From the IMG/VR virus record IMGVR_UViG_3300010352_001543: a stretch of DNA of 64,000 nt. One strand, given 5' to 3'. The notes beneath the pieces were generated by a model that did no database searches, was not told the origin of the DNA, and saw only the letters and a program-made list of their open reading frames with translations. Shown piece after piece: positions 52,401 through 61,709 of the stretch. Each line of letters starts with the position of its first letter. Positions within the stretch are counted from its first letter, which is position 1. The DNA comes from a virus (Duplodnaviria > Caudoviricetes). The position numbers and the translations under genes were made by a program.

Positions 52401-54143
52401 GTCGCGGTTGCTAAAATAATAGTTGCTAATACTTGGCTGTTCGCTAAGGCATTACCAGGAATATATTCATTGAAGCAATTAGGTGAAGCATTACAGACAG
52501 TAGGTAAAGGAATGAGATTCGCATCTGAAATTTCATTAATGAAATTTAATACTAAACAATTTGAATCTGTGATTACTACCATTGGAAAGTCATTTGGACT
52601 TATTGGTGGAATGGTAAGTGATGGTTCTGGAATTTTCAAAAATTTAGGACCGCTTGCTTATATTGGACCTAATAATATCAAGTCAGGTATTAAAAGTATG
52701 ATGATGTCCGGAGATGCTTTGATTTCTGTAGCAAAAGGATTGAAAGTGTTTAATGGTGTAGCCAATACTTTAAATCTAGAAGCTAAGAAAACTGCTGCTG
52801 GATGGACACCGGCAACCGGTTCACTTGGTGAAAAAATAGCGGTTGTTCTTTCTGTCATCACTAAATTATTTGCCGAGATTGGTAGTTCTAAAAATTCTGG
52901 AATGTCTTTGACCAAAGCAATATTTGGAAACGATTTTAAAAAGTCAGATGTTCAAGCAGGTATAAAAAGTGTATTGGATGTAGGAAAAGCATTGGACTCA
53001 GTATCCACCGGACTTCTTAAATTTCATCTAAAAACAATGTTATTAGATTTATCCGAAAGGGGTCCGATTATTAGAAACATCGGAAGAGTCATTGGAGCAA
53101 TTCATAATGTGTTTTCAAAAATAGGAGCAAACAAAGATGCTTCATATTTTAAAGCGATTTTCGGAGCGGACTTTGGGAAGACCAATACTGAAAAAGGAAT
53201 CAATGCTGTTAAGAACGTTGGTAAAATTTTATCTGACATCGCGGCCAGTCTAAAGACATATCAAAATTTAAAAGATGTTTGGAAATCAACGGATAAAATA
53301 GAATACACTATATTAAAACTAATGGGTGTTCTTAACCGGGTATTCAATAGCAAGACTCATGACCTTGATGATATAGCTGATGGTATGGAAACACTAACAG
53401 ACATAACATTAAATTTAAATAAAGTAACTGAGCAATTCAAACAATTCACCAATATTACTAAACAACTAAATGGATGGGAAAAAGGTTTTTCTAATTTTAA
53501 ATTCCTTCTTTACGATTCAATGGTCAGAGTGGCCGCAATTGGTGGAAACAGTTACGCATGGAAAAAAGTTTATTCTACATTTGGAGATTCTCCTTTCAAT
53601 GGTTATTTCTACGAAACTGGTGCAAAGAATATGGAGCTGATCGGAGTAGGAATGATGAAGTTTAGTGGTCAAATGAAAAAATTCAGTATTGAAAAACTTG
53701 ATCTAAACAATTTGAATAATATTGTTAAGTTTGTAAAAGAAATGTCTAAGCTTTTAGATCCTTTGGAAAAAATGGCATCCAGTTTCAAAATAATGGCTGA
53801 CTCCTTATATAAAATATCCAAAGATGAAAAAGTGCTAAGTAAAATAGTAGGTGTTCAAGGAAATTCCAAAAAATCAGAAATAAAAAGTAAAAATTTAGAT
53901 TCTAATAAAAAAAATAAATCATTGACATTTAGTGCTGAAGCAAAATCAGAAATGGGAAAAGGCATTACCATTATTAATCATGTTTATCAGTCAAAAGATG
54001 AAAAAGATGAAAAAAATACAAAATCTGTTAGTAAATCATCCGGTGAGATATCACAATTAGAATTAAACAAGTTACAATATGCTATGTTGATGAAGATGTC
54101 GGATTATTTAGAAGGAATCGAAAGAAATACAAAAAAATTCTAA
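49410..54143 (+). CDS. Tape-measure-like protein
   Basis: 1577 aa, helical, long Ala/Gly/Leu-rich hydrophobic central repeats. Confidence 0.65.
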   Translation: MAYNENLSANNKKPEPLDFQKFNDLLKKIDADLSLNQATSKESTKSFIGFSTDIVQYMKTFVENKNKEDGKDAVPSENYVSAYMSLVDPASKFGITLPSIDSIIKSTDASKKLTSLAKKIQSIAKTEFKKPTGETPNSPTSSGPVTPGNGLNLTLNFNDTIQNFKNNLQQASVLLKPFSDFLIATNNLSDLIKDKEKFQGNIEILQGVSKMIGIISGVFNGRPIEQKGIDAIQTLMNLPLKSIIEKFTNLFDSIKFNNKTDFVAIDKIFRLVQTFTSMLSGFSKKLVSEYPFFVIATSLPYGKRLSRFIESINKNLSTEFENDVINENIESLSDFVSLLMNFDYDLVKNFPAFVIAIKLPYGLLMGKFINNFNYYVGKGISNDVILSLDSMVNLLGTFNKDMLRTYRNLLIITVLNPAFLIKQIFDQFAKNFKTIQSSYYSYFSAIVEMTKRMDEIIANLFTAFSIKRMMLLYFGLKFLPGINKILEKELPKLFLSIADVAKTFPESQWKIDPKTGVFIQMSGFLRSLEGLSTQIAKIKSESKGISTIIATLNFFVSGMNMIFRKMSNKSFRAVVGVQTMITSLKGIGESIMIAAGALLFIPAALLTLLFVPLIVKVMNKLGDTKTLKDVKMGKVSIGWIAKGLAQLALAFIAMSVAAMLVNPVSVLMMLTLTGATLGLFMLVGKGEKQIKEGAKGLSLVSLALGIFAVTIGVYSLIIEKFTSSGALWTGLAYLVAFSGAVLLIGYLNSQGKGGGSYLNKGATGLMLIGAALIVFSIGLSVLALAVSLWKPDMLLMATVLLIGISGIVFVLGILEKSGHTVLWGALALAAIGGALIVFSMGLLIFSAAIDKWDWKTVGIAMTVIAGISAIAVLLGLVATATVGAVFLGPLFLATTGLALAAFGWGLSVFGKSLLLWDTKMIDSSIEIIKRIGVAISVLGLAIVPITLGVAALILISGGLLVFSLALNALGIGFMKLSSIPFTDDSKKQSLVNIMNGVVAVAKIIVANTWLFAKALPGIYSLKQLGEALQTVGKGMRFASEISLMKFNTKQFESVITTIGKSFGLIGGMVSDGSGIFKNLGPLAYIGPNNIKSGIKSMMMSGDALISVAKGLKVFNGVANTLNLEAKKTAAGWTPATGSLGEKIAVVLSVITKLFAEIGSSKNSGMSLTKAIFGNDFKKSDVQAGIKSVLDVGKALDSVSTGLLKFHLKTMLLDLSERGPIIRNIGRVIGAIHNVFSKIGANKDASYFKAIFGADFGKTNTEKGINAVKNVGKILSDIAASLKTYQNLKDVWKSTDKIEYTILKLMGVLNRVFNSKTHDLDDIADGMETLTDITLNLNKVTEQFKQFTNITKQLNGWEKGFSNFKFLLYDSMVRVAAIGGNSYAWKKVYSTFGDSPFNGYFYETGAKNMELIGVGMMKFSGQMKKFSIEKLDLNNLNNIVKFVKEMSKLLDPLEKMASSFKIMADSLYKISKDEKVLSKIVGVQGNSKKSEIKSKNLDSNKKNKSLTFSAEAKSEMGKGITIINHVYQSKDEKDEKNTKSVSKSSGEISQLELNKLQYAMLMKMSDYLEGIERNTKKF

Positions 54144-54306
54144 TATTTTTTACAATAAATTAAAATCTCATACGTCTCTATTAAGATACGGAGTTTTATG
54201 GCCGGTTTAATATTTTAAAAATATTTACGAACCAATTTACAATTTAATAATCTGAATTGTATTAAAAAACAGACCATAAATTTAATCACTAATTCATAGG
54301 AAACAT

Positions 54307-55074
54307 ATGATTCCCCAATCAAAAAAGACTGGTAGTAAAGCTATCTCTAAAATTAAAAATAAAGATATTCAACAAGCTGCCATGATATACTTTTCGAAAG
54401 ACAGTAATATCACTCCAGCTGAAAAAGAAAAAGCTTTCACTCTTATGTTCAATGTGACCAGGCCTCGTCTGATTTCTTTTTTAAATAAAAAAGTGAACCA
54501 GTTATTAGAATCAAAAGCACAAAATTTATTATTTGTTAATACTGAGGATAAATTAGACTGCCTTGATGACATAGTTTTGGACTCCTTCACTAAAGTAGTT
54601 GCTGAACAAAATGAATCATTATATGCCCAAGAGAAGGCATCATTTGTCACTTGGTTTTATACATGTACATACAATAATATGATTACTACTTTAAAAAGAA
54701 AAAGTAGGCTTATCAAGGTTTCTTGTTTAAATATAAAAAATACTGAATCCGACCAGGGTATAGACCACTCAGATATAATTGATAGAATATCAGCTTCCGA
54801 ATCATCCCCTAATATTTTCGATTCAGTTGAGGATATGGAGGGTCGTCTCGAATATGTAGATTTTGTTGAAACCATATTTCAATACATGAATAAAAATTTT
54901 AGTAAAAGAGATAATGACATCTTTTTAAGAAAAGTTGTTTATAATGAAACATTGGAAGAAGTAGGAAAACAATTCAATCTCACAGCTCAAGGAATACGAG
55001 CAATTGTCACCGACAAGATTATTAAAAATCTCAGAAAAGAATTTGCTGAAGAAATTTCACTTCTGAAGCTTTAA
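54307..55074 (+). CDS. Sigma70-family RNA polymerase sigma factor
   Basis: Region 2 DDIVLDSFTK...SFVTWFY..TYN; region 4 ETLEEVGKQFNLTAQGIR. Confidence 0.82.
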   Translation: MIPQSKKTGSKAISKIKNKDIQQAAMIYFSKDSNITPAEKEKAFTLMFNVTRPRLISFLNKKVNQLLESKAQNLLFVNTEDKLDCLDDIVLDSFTKVVAEQNESLYAQEKASFVTWFYTCTYNNMITTLKRKSRLIKVSCLNIKNTESDQGIDHSDIIDRISASESSPNIFDSVEDMEGRLEYVDFVETIFQYMNKNFSKRDNDIFLRKVVYNETLEEVGKQFNLTAQGIRAIVTDKIIKNLRKEFAEEISLLKL

Positions 55075-55117
55075 TTCGTAAAATAATATATAAATTATAC
55101 AAAAATAACCAAAGTAC

Positions 55118-55789
55118 ATGATTAAAAAATTAATGATGTTAGTGATAACATTTTTAATCATTAATTCGAATTCATTTACTTCTGTTAACACAAACAACCC
55201 AATTCAAAATTCTGGAAATGAATTATTGAATAAAAATTACGAAGTTGGAGGTCAAGTAGATAGCTTTAGTCTGAGCTATAAAAATAATCAGACGGATCAT
55301 TCAAATATTGATTATGCATATTTTTATAAATACGATTATATTTGGTTGATTTTCGATGAGGTATTAATAACAAAAAAATATTATAATTTTTTTAGTTATG
55401 AAATAGACATAATAGTTGAAAAATACCAATTCGAAACGTTAACAGAAGAGAACCTATTGAAAGCGATTAATGATTTGCAGATACAACATCCGGAATGGGT
55501 GTTAAGGCAATCAAAGCTAGAGACTGGAAATTTTAATTCCAGATTATGCACAAAGTGCAATAATTTATTTGGAATGAAAGTTCCGCGACAAAGATATACA
55601 TACTCGATTAGCAAAACATATAATAATTTTGCCGTCTTTGATCATTGGATCTATTCGGTCATAGATTATAAGGTATGGCAAGGCAATAAACAGATAAATG
55701 GTAACTATGGAGATTATCTCCATAAAAGGAACTATGCTTCTGATAAAAAATATCATAATAAATTGAAGTCCGTAGAAATTTCACTTTAA
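55118..55789 (+). CDS. Glucosaminidase-like cell-wall hydrolase with signal peptide
   Basis: QSKLETG, NNLFGMK, YASDKKY. Confidence 0.78.
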   Translation: MIKKLMMLVITFLIINSNSFTSVNTNNPIQNSGNELLNKNYEVGGQVDSFSLSYKNNQTDHSNIDYAYFYKYDYIWLIFDEVLITKKYYNFFSYEIDIIVEKYQFETLTEENLLKAINDLQIQHPEWVLRQSKLETGNFNSRLCTKCNNLFGMKVPRQRYTYSISKTYNNFAVFDHWIYSVIDYKVWQGNKQINGNYGDYLHKRNYASDKKYHNKLKSVEISL

Positions 55790-55818
55790 AAATGGTATTA
55801 TTAATAGTAAAATAATAC

Positions 55819-57000
55819 ATGAATGAACTAATAAGAATAAAAAACGAATGTAAAACTTTAGAAGAGTTTTTCTCTAAGACTGAAGACAATTACATGACCT
55901 ATAAAAGAGAATTATTAGAATTAACCAAATTATTGGATGAACATTTTGACAAGAAAAGATTAGAAAGATTAACCAGATATCATAGGTTGGTATTTATATG
56001 GTTTGGCTATAAAGAAATTAGTAAATGCGAATTTTGTGGAAAATATGCTAATTTTTATTTTAATACCAAAGATGTCATTGAAAATAATTCTCTATTTACT
56101 AAAACTTGTGGTGATAGTGCATGTAAAAACAAAATGAGAGAAGCTACTTGGAAAGATAAATATGGATATGATAATCCATCTAAAATTCCAGCGATAAAAG
56201 AAAATAACCGTGAAAAATTCATAAAGAATATAGATTCGTTTAATGCTAAACGAGTAAAGACATGGAAAGATAAATATGGATATGATAATCCATCCAAAGT
56301 AGAAGAAATTAGAACCAGATGCAATTTTTCTTCATCTAAAACTTCTTTTGATAAGAGAATGAATAACAATTACGAATTATTAGAAAGAAATAATGATATT
56401 TATAGGCTAAAATGTAAAAAATGTGACAAGGAATTTGAAATTTTTAGATATTATCTATATAAACGTTTTAATAAAAATGAAATAATTTGTACATATTGTA
56501 ATCCTTTATTAACTCATAAATCATTAACAGGTAAATCTGTATCAGGAGCGGAAATGGAATTTTTAGGATACATAGAATCAATATATGATGGATTAATAAT
56601 TCATAGTGATAGAAAAATTTTAGATAAATCAGAAATTGATGTTTATTTGCCTGATTTGAAATTAGGATTTGAGTTTAACGGTTGCTATTGGCATTCAGAT
56701 AAATGGAAAGATAAATATTATCATAGAGACAAAAAATTAAAGGCTTGGGAAAAAGAAGTGGATTTAATCCATATATGGGAAGACGAATGGGAAACAAATT
56801 TAAACGAAACCAAACAAGTTATATCAGATTTAATCAATAGAAAACAAAATCCAATTATTAATAATAAACTCGATGAAAATATGGATTATTGTTTAATTTC
56901 GTCTCATATCGGACAGACAATAAACGAAATAACAGAACCAATTTTATGTAACTACTGTAATAACAATATGTTTAGAAAAGAACATATAATATTTAAATAG
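55819..57000 (+). CDS. Free-standing homing endonuclease (PD-(D/E)xK/DUF559-like)
   Basis: 2x TWKDKYGYDNPSK, CKKC/CTYC, EIDVYLP...GFEFNGCYWH, IHIWEDEW. Confidence 0.82.
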   Translation: MNELIRIKNECKTLEEFFSKTEDNYMTYKRELLELTKLLDEHFDKKRLERLTRYHRLVFIWFGYKEISKCEFCGKYANFYFNTKDVIENNSLFTKTCGDSACKNKMREATWKDKYGYDNPSKIPAIKENNREKFIKNIDSFNAKRVKTWKDKYGYDNPSKVEEIRTRCNFSSSKTSFDKRMNNNYELLERNNDIYRLKCKKCDKEFEIFRYYLYKRFNKNEIICTYCNPLLTHKSLTGKSVSGAEMEFLGYIESIYDGLIIHSDRKILDKSEIDVYLPDLKLGFEFNGCYWHSDKWKDKYYHRDKKLKAWEKEVDLIHIWEDEWETNLNETKQVISDLINRKQNPIINNKLDENMDYCLISSHIGQTINEITEPILCNYCNNNMFRKEHIIFK

Positions 57001-57033
57001 ATAAATTGTAAAAGTAATCAAAGGAAATATAAA

Positions 57034-57486
57034 ATGGAATACACCATTAAGAAAAAATATACCGATTATCCATTTGCTCATAGACAGCATAAGCATGATG
57101 GAAAATGTCAGTGGTGCCATGGTCATAACTGGACATTTGTAATAGAGATAGGATGTAATGAATTAGACGAACAAGGTTTTGTTTTAGATTTCGGTAAAAT
57201 GAAATTTATCAAAAATATATTAGACACAAATTTTGACCATACATTGGTGCTATCAACATACGATGACTATGTTGAAAATTTCAAGGATTTAGAAAGCAAG
57301 AATTTAGCGAAACTAACATTAATTGATAATGACGCTTCAGCTGAAGGTATAGCATTATGGATCGGAAATATAATAGACAATGTAGTCAAAAAAGACACAA
57401 ATAATAGAGCATATGTTAAAAGCATAGAGTTATTTGAAGATTCAAAGGATTCTGCTACAGTAACATTTAATTCAAACAATTTTTAG
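57034..57486 (+). CDS. queD: 6-carboxytetrahydropterin synthase
   Basis: AHRQ..H..KC...HGHNW, LDFG, FDH, SAE.IA, E. Confidence 0.9.
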   Translation: MEYTIKKKYTDYPFAHRQHKHDGKCQWCHGHNWTFVIEIGCNELDEQGFVLDFGKMKFIKNILDTNFDHTLVLSTYDDYVENFKDLESKNLAKLTLIDNDASAEGIALWIGNIIDNVVKKDTNNRAYVKSIELFEDSKDSATVTFNSNNF

Positions 57487-57495
57487 GAAATAAAA

Positions 57496-58323
57496 ATGAA
57501 CTTAAATATAAGTGAAGATTTTTATAGTGTTCAAGGCGAAGGTTTCTCCAATGGAGTACCTTCGTACTTTATTCGTTTAGGAAACTGTGATTTATGTTGT
57601 GGTGGAAAAAATGGTAAATGGTTAAAAAAAGGAACCGCCACTTGGAAATGTGACAGTGAGCAATTCATTAATAATTTTAAAAGTTTCGAACCAGAATATT
57701 TAATTGACAAGTGGAAAGAACTGGATATATTGGAAGATATTATAAATGGACATATACATGTCATTTTTTCAGGAGGAGAACCAATGTTACCTGAAAATCA
57801 AGAAGCTATTTTATCTTTTATAGAAAAAATGGATAATGAATATTACCTCAATAAAATATTTTATGAAATTGAAACAAATGGAACTGTTGAGATAGATGAA
57901 ATTTTATTTAATAGACTAAATCAAATTAATTGCTCTCCTAAACTATCCAATTCAGGTAACCCAAAAGAAAAGAGAATTAATATTAAATCTCTTAGACAAA
58001 TTTTAGGTCATCAAAATAGTTGGTTTAAATTAGTAGTTTCCGGAGAAAGTGATGTCACAGAATTTCAAGAAGATTTTGTTTCTCCTTTGATAGATGATAT
58101 GTTAGAAAACACAACAAATTTATTTTATCAAGTAAGTCCATTACGTCTTCCATCTGATTTCTATTCATATATAATGTCAAAAGTAATTGTTATGCCCGCG
58201 ATGGATAATAGAGATAAATATTTCGAATTTCTTGGAATGGTATATGAAATGGCGAAAAAATATCGAATAAGAGCGACCGGGAGAAATCATATAGCTGTAT
58301 GGGATAGATCAACTGGTGTTTAA
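57496..58323 (+). CDS. queE: 7-carboxy-7-deazaguanine synthase (radical SAM)
   Basis: FYSVQGEG, RLGNCDLCC...CDS, SGGEPM, EIETNG, SPKL. Confidence 0.9.
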   Translation: MNLNISEDFYSVQGEGFSNGVPSYFIRLGNCDLCCGGKNGKWLKKGTATWKCDSEQFINNFKSFEPEYLIDKWKELDILEDIINGHIHVIFSGGEPMLPENQEAILSFIEKMDNEYYLNKIFYEIETNGTVEIDEILFNRLNQINCSPKLSNSGNPKEKRINIKSLRQILGHQNSWFKLVVSGESDVTEFQEDFVSPLIDDMLENTTNLFYQVSPLRLPSDFYSYIMSKVIVMPAMDNRDKYFEFLGMVYEMAKKYRIRATGRNHIAVWDRSTGV

Positions 58324-58341
58324 TTTACAAGGAAAATAAAA

Positions 58342-59019
58342 ATGGTAGATAAAGGAAAAATAGATGCACTTAAGGGCTTAAAAGTCCATGAATATTTATT
58401 AGAAAAAGGTGTAGAGACTCCTTATTCAAAAGAAATGAGTTTGGATAGTAATGACAAGAAGCAAAAAATTCAACAACATTTCAACGAAATTATGGTTTTA
58501 CTGGGTTTAGATTTATCGGATGATAGTCTGAAAGAAACACCGAAGAGGGTAGCAAGAATGTTTGTTGATGAAATTTATTGGGGGTTGGATTACACCAATT
58601 TTCCAAAAATAACTACAATTGAAAACAAGATGAGTTATGATGAAATGATCATCGAAAAAAATATAAAATGTTTATCAAATTGTGAACATCATTTTGTACC
58701 AATCTTAGGAACAGCGGCAATTGCATATATTCCAAATAAAAAAGTAATTGGCCTAAGTAAGCTCAATAGAATAGTTGAATATTTTTGTAGACGACCACAA
58801 GTACAAGAACGTCTAACCGAACAAATATTTTACGCTCTTGAATATATTCTCGAGACAAGTAATATAGCTGTCATTATAGAAGCTCAACATACTTGTGTTA
58901 TAACAAGAGGAGTGGAGGATTTGAATAGTAGAACAGTTACTTCTAAAATAGGTGGATTGTTTAAAACAAATAACGACGTTAGAGCCGAATTTTATAATTT
59001 ATTAAAATTGCAGGTATAA
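58342..59019 (+). CDS. folE: GTP cyclohydrolase I
   Basis: ETPKRVARM, CEHHFVP, GLSKLNR, QVQERLT, HTCVITRG. Confidence 0.95.
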   Translation: MVDKGKIDALKGLKVHEYLLEKGVETPYSKEMSLDSNDKKQKIQQHFNEIMVLLGLDLSDDSLKETPKRVARMFVDEIYWGLDYTNFPKITTIENKMSYDEMIIEKNIKCLSNCEHHFVPILGTAAIAYIPNKKVIGLSKLNRIVEYFCRRPQVQERLTEQIFYALEYILETSNIAVIIEAQHTCVITRGVEDLNSRTVTSKIGGLFKTNNDVRAEFYNLLKLQV

Positions 59020-59021
59020 TA

Positions 59022-59921
59022 ATGCTTTTATATTTAAGTACTCCGACTTTCTATGACTCTTTGTTGGCAGCAACAAAAGATGTTTATGAAAGACATAACA
59101 TAGTATTAAAATACTTAACTTCTTTTTGGAATTACACCACCTGGAACAAAAGAGAAGAAAAATTTAAGATTAAAGAAGAATATAAAACTTTAGAAAGTTT
59201 AAGAAAGTTTACCAAAGAAACAGGTATTCCAATGAAACTTATGCTTGATTCTGGAGTTTTCTCTGCAAGGTTAAAAGGTATGAAAATACCAAATGAATTA
59301 CTTGCCGAGTTTTATCACAAAAATTCTGATTTATTTAATATTGTCATGACCAATGATGAGGGCACTCCTGAAACACAAATAGAGAATACCAGAATTTTAA
59401 AAAGCTTAGGTGTCCCGGTTGTAGGAATTTATCATCCCGGATCCATTGAAAGACCATTCATGACCGAAAATCATTTACAACAACTTTTAGAATTGACTGA
59501 TTTTAATTCGATAGCCATGTTCACCATTCCAAAATCTAAAAGAATGTTTGAAGTGGACAGGATGTTTAATTTTATTTATAAGCACGGATATGAGAAAAAT
59601 AAAATTCATATGTTGGGTATAGAATCTGCGAATTATTTACTAAGGTTTCCTTTTTATTCAGCTGATGCTACTTCTTTTCTAAGGGATGGTTTTACTGGAT
59701 GTTGGTCAATGTGGGATGACAAAAGATTAAAAATTGATAGAATTAATGTTAAAGATAATATCAATTATTGTATAAGAAAGAATATGATGTTGGTTAATGG
59801 TGTGGAATGCGAAAAAAATATTCACACCGGAGTAAGAATGTATGAAAATATTTATATCAGATCAATATATCAAAAATTTTTAACGGACGTTTGGCAAAAA
59901 AGAGGTATAGAATGGAGCTAA
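59022..59921 (+). CDS. DpdA/TGT-like DNA transglycosylase (putative)
   Basis: LDSGVFS, PVVGIYH, KIHMLG, PFYSADATS; directly after folE. Confidence 0.65.
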   Translation: MLLYLSTPTFYDSLLAATKDVYERHNIVLKYLTSFWNYTTWNKREEKFKIKEEYKTLESLRKFTKETGIPMKLMLDSGVFSARLKGMKIPNELLAEFYHKNSDLFNIVMTNDEGTPETQIENTRILKSLGVPVVGIYHPGSIERPFMTENHLQQLLELTDFNSIAMFTIPKSKRMFEVDRMFNFIYKHGYEKNKIHMLGIESANYLLRFPFYSADATSFLRDGFTGCWSMWDDKRLKIDRINVKDNINYCIRKNMMLVNGVECEKNIHTGVRMYENIYIRSIYQKFLTDVWQKRGIEWS

Positions 59922-60406
59922 AGAAAATAAATTTAGATCAAATAAAAGAAGTCACATTAGACTTCGATTTCAAAGACACTTTATATTTTTCGGAGTTATA
60001 TGATTCAATTAAGCATGATGGAATATTAGTACCTATATTGGTTATCGAAACAGGAGTAGAAATATATGAAGTTTTAGATGGCAGACAACGAATCGCTGCC
60101 TTACGACAGTTAGGACAAACAGAAGTTTATTGTATCATAAATGATAAAATAAAGAAAAATAATAAAAATTATCATCGATGTTTATTAGCAACCCAATATT
60201 TATTAAAAACTCCGGATCATTTTAAATTAGCTGTATATATAAAAGATAATAATTTAAGTTTTTCGGATATACATCCAAGTTGCATATTAAATAAAACAAA
60301 TTTTGCTAATTATCAAACATTATTCGAATGGAAATGGTCTAAATATCATACACCTCAAGAATTAGAAAATAGTTTCAAAGCAACAATAAGAAAGAAATTA
60401 TTTTAG
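59912..60406 (+). CDS. ParB/Srx-like N-terminal domain protein
   Basis: SIKHDGILVPILV...YEVLDGRQRIAA; likely ATG at 59912. Confidence 0.75.
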   Translation: MELKKINLDQIKEVTLDFDFKDTLYFSELYDSIKHDGILVPILVIETGVEIYEVLDGRQRIAALRQLGQTEVYCIINDKIKKNNKNYHRCLLATQYLLKTPDHFKLAVYIKDNNLSFSDIHPSCILNKTNFANYQTLFEWKWSKYHTPQELENSFKATIRKKLF

Positions 60407-60422
60407 TAAAGGAATTTTTATT

Positions 60423-60851
60423 ATGAAAAAGTTATTAAAATTTTTCAATTTTCTGAACCCTTATTTAATATATAAGGATCTTCGTCTTTATTTTATTATA
60501 AAAAATATGTACAAACAATTTGAATCTGATTCTGAATGGAAAAATTTTAGATTGTTGAAAGGATGGTTCAATTCGTATGGATGTGCGGTTATTATAGATG
60601 AATTAAATGATTCAAAGGATCCGGAGGTAAATCGATTTTTGGTCAAGAAAAGATTACAGCCGATAGTAGATTACATGTCTGATTACTCAATTGATATATT
60701 AAATTATATAAACGTAAAAATTAAGAATACATGGGACATAAAACTATACAAAGTATTATTTTTACCGAATTATCAAATTTTTAGAAAAAATTTCTTTATA
60801 AAATGGTTATTGGTAATAGCGGGTATATTAAGTTATATCTTTTTAGCATAG
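60423..60851 (+). CDS. Hypothetical protein with C-terminal membrane anchor
   Basis: Hydrophobic C-terminus. Confidence 0.6.
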   Translation: MKKLLKFFNFLNPYLIYKDLRLYFIIKNMYKQFESDSEWKNFRLLKGWFNSYGCAVIIDELNDSKDPEVNRFLVKKRLQPIVDYMSDYSIDILNYINVKIKNTWDIKLYKVLFLPNYQIFRKNFFIKWLLVIAGILSYIFLA

Positions 60852-60883
60852 AAAAACAAATTTAAAAATATTTAGAGAGAAAA

Positions 60884-61603
60884 ATGGAAAAAGTCGAAAT
60901 GGCAAACGAAACTTCAGAAGATGTTGTAGCAACAAAAGAAGTAAAGGAAACAAAAAATAAGTCAACCAAAGGTAACACTAAAGTTAATAATATTGAGCTT
61001 GTTGAAACAACATTCAATATTACTGATACTAAAGATTTACCAGAAGTTAAAAAATTTCAAAAAGAAATTGATTTTTATACCGACTTATTAGAAAAAAGAA
61101 TGGCGGACAAAGAGCAACTAGAATTAGAATATACTATAACCGAACAAGAAACGGATTTTGAATACACTTCTTTGTTAGCGGTTATTAATGATTTGAAACG
61201 AAATTTCAAATGGACTACTTACGAGGCAATTTGGTTGACTAGAACAGCTAATAACATTACAAGTAAGTTAGAAAACTGGAAAGCTCAAAAGAAAGCAGAA
61301 ACTGATCCGGAAGTAGTAAATAAATTAATTCTTAGTAATTTAGATATTGAAGGTCTTGACCTTTTGATCCGGAAACATAGCGCAGTTGGGTTCTCTCTTG
61401 CTGAAAAATATTCAAGAGTAATTATAGAAATGAACTCACTTTATTCAAAGCTACAGAAAAACAAAGCACCTATTAACGTTATGGAAAAATTAATTGAGAT
61501 TATCAATTTTAAATTAACTAACTACAAAAATGATTTAGAAACCGCACCTGAGCGGGATGACATTGAGTTAGCTATAAGAGAAGGACTTCCAAAAGAAGGC
61601 TAA
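60884..61603 (+). CDS. Hypothetical coiled-coil protein
   Basis: 239-aa ORF. Confidence 0.65.
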   Translation: MEKVEMANETSEDVVATKEVKETKNKSTKGNTKVNNIELVETTFNITDTKDLPEVKKFQKEIDFYTDLLEKRMADKEQLELEYTITEQETDFEYTSLLAVINDLKRNFKWTTYEAIWLTRTANNITSKLENWKAQKKAETDPEVVNKLILSNLDIEGLDLLIRKHSAVGFSLAEKYSRVIIEMNSLYSKLQKNKAPINVMEKLIEIINFKLTNYKNDLETAPERDDIELAIREGLPKEG

Positions 61604-61634
61604 TTCTTTACTGTATTAATATAGTTAAAATTTC

Positions 61635-61670
61635 AATGGGTTTGATTTATTTCAAACCCATTTTTCTTTT
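61635..61670 (+). terminator. Rho-independent terminator
   Basis: aatgggtttga/tcaaacccatt stem plus U-tract. Confidence 0.8.
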
Positions 61671-61709
61671 CTAAATATATAACTATATAAATAAAAATAT
61701 CAAACGAAC

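Noticed and set aside
51677-52639. 320-aa minus-strand ORF
   Set aside because: Antisense to the hydrophobic region of the tape-measure-like gene.
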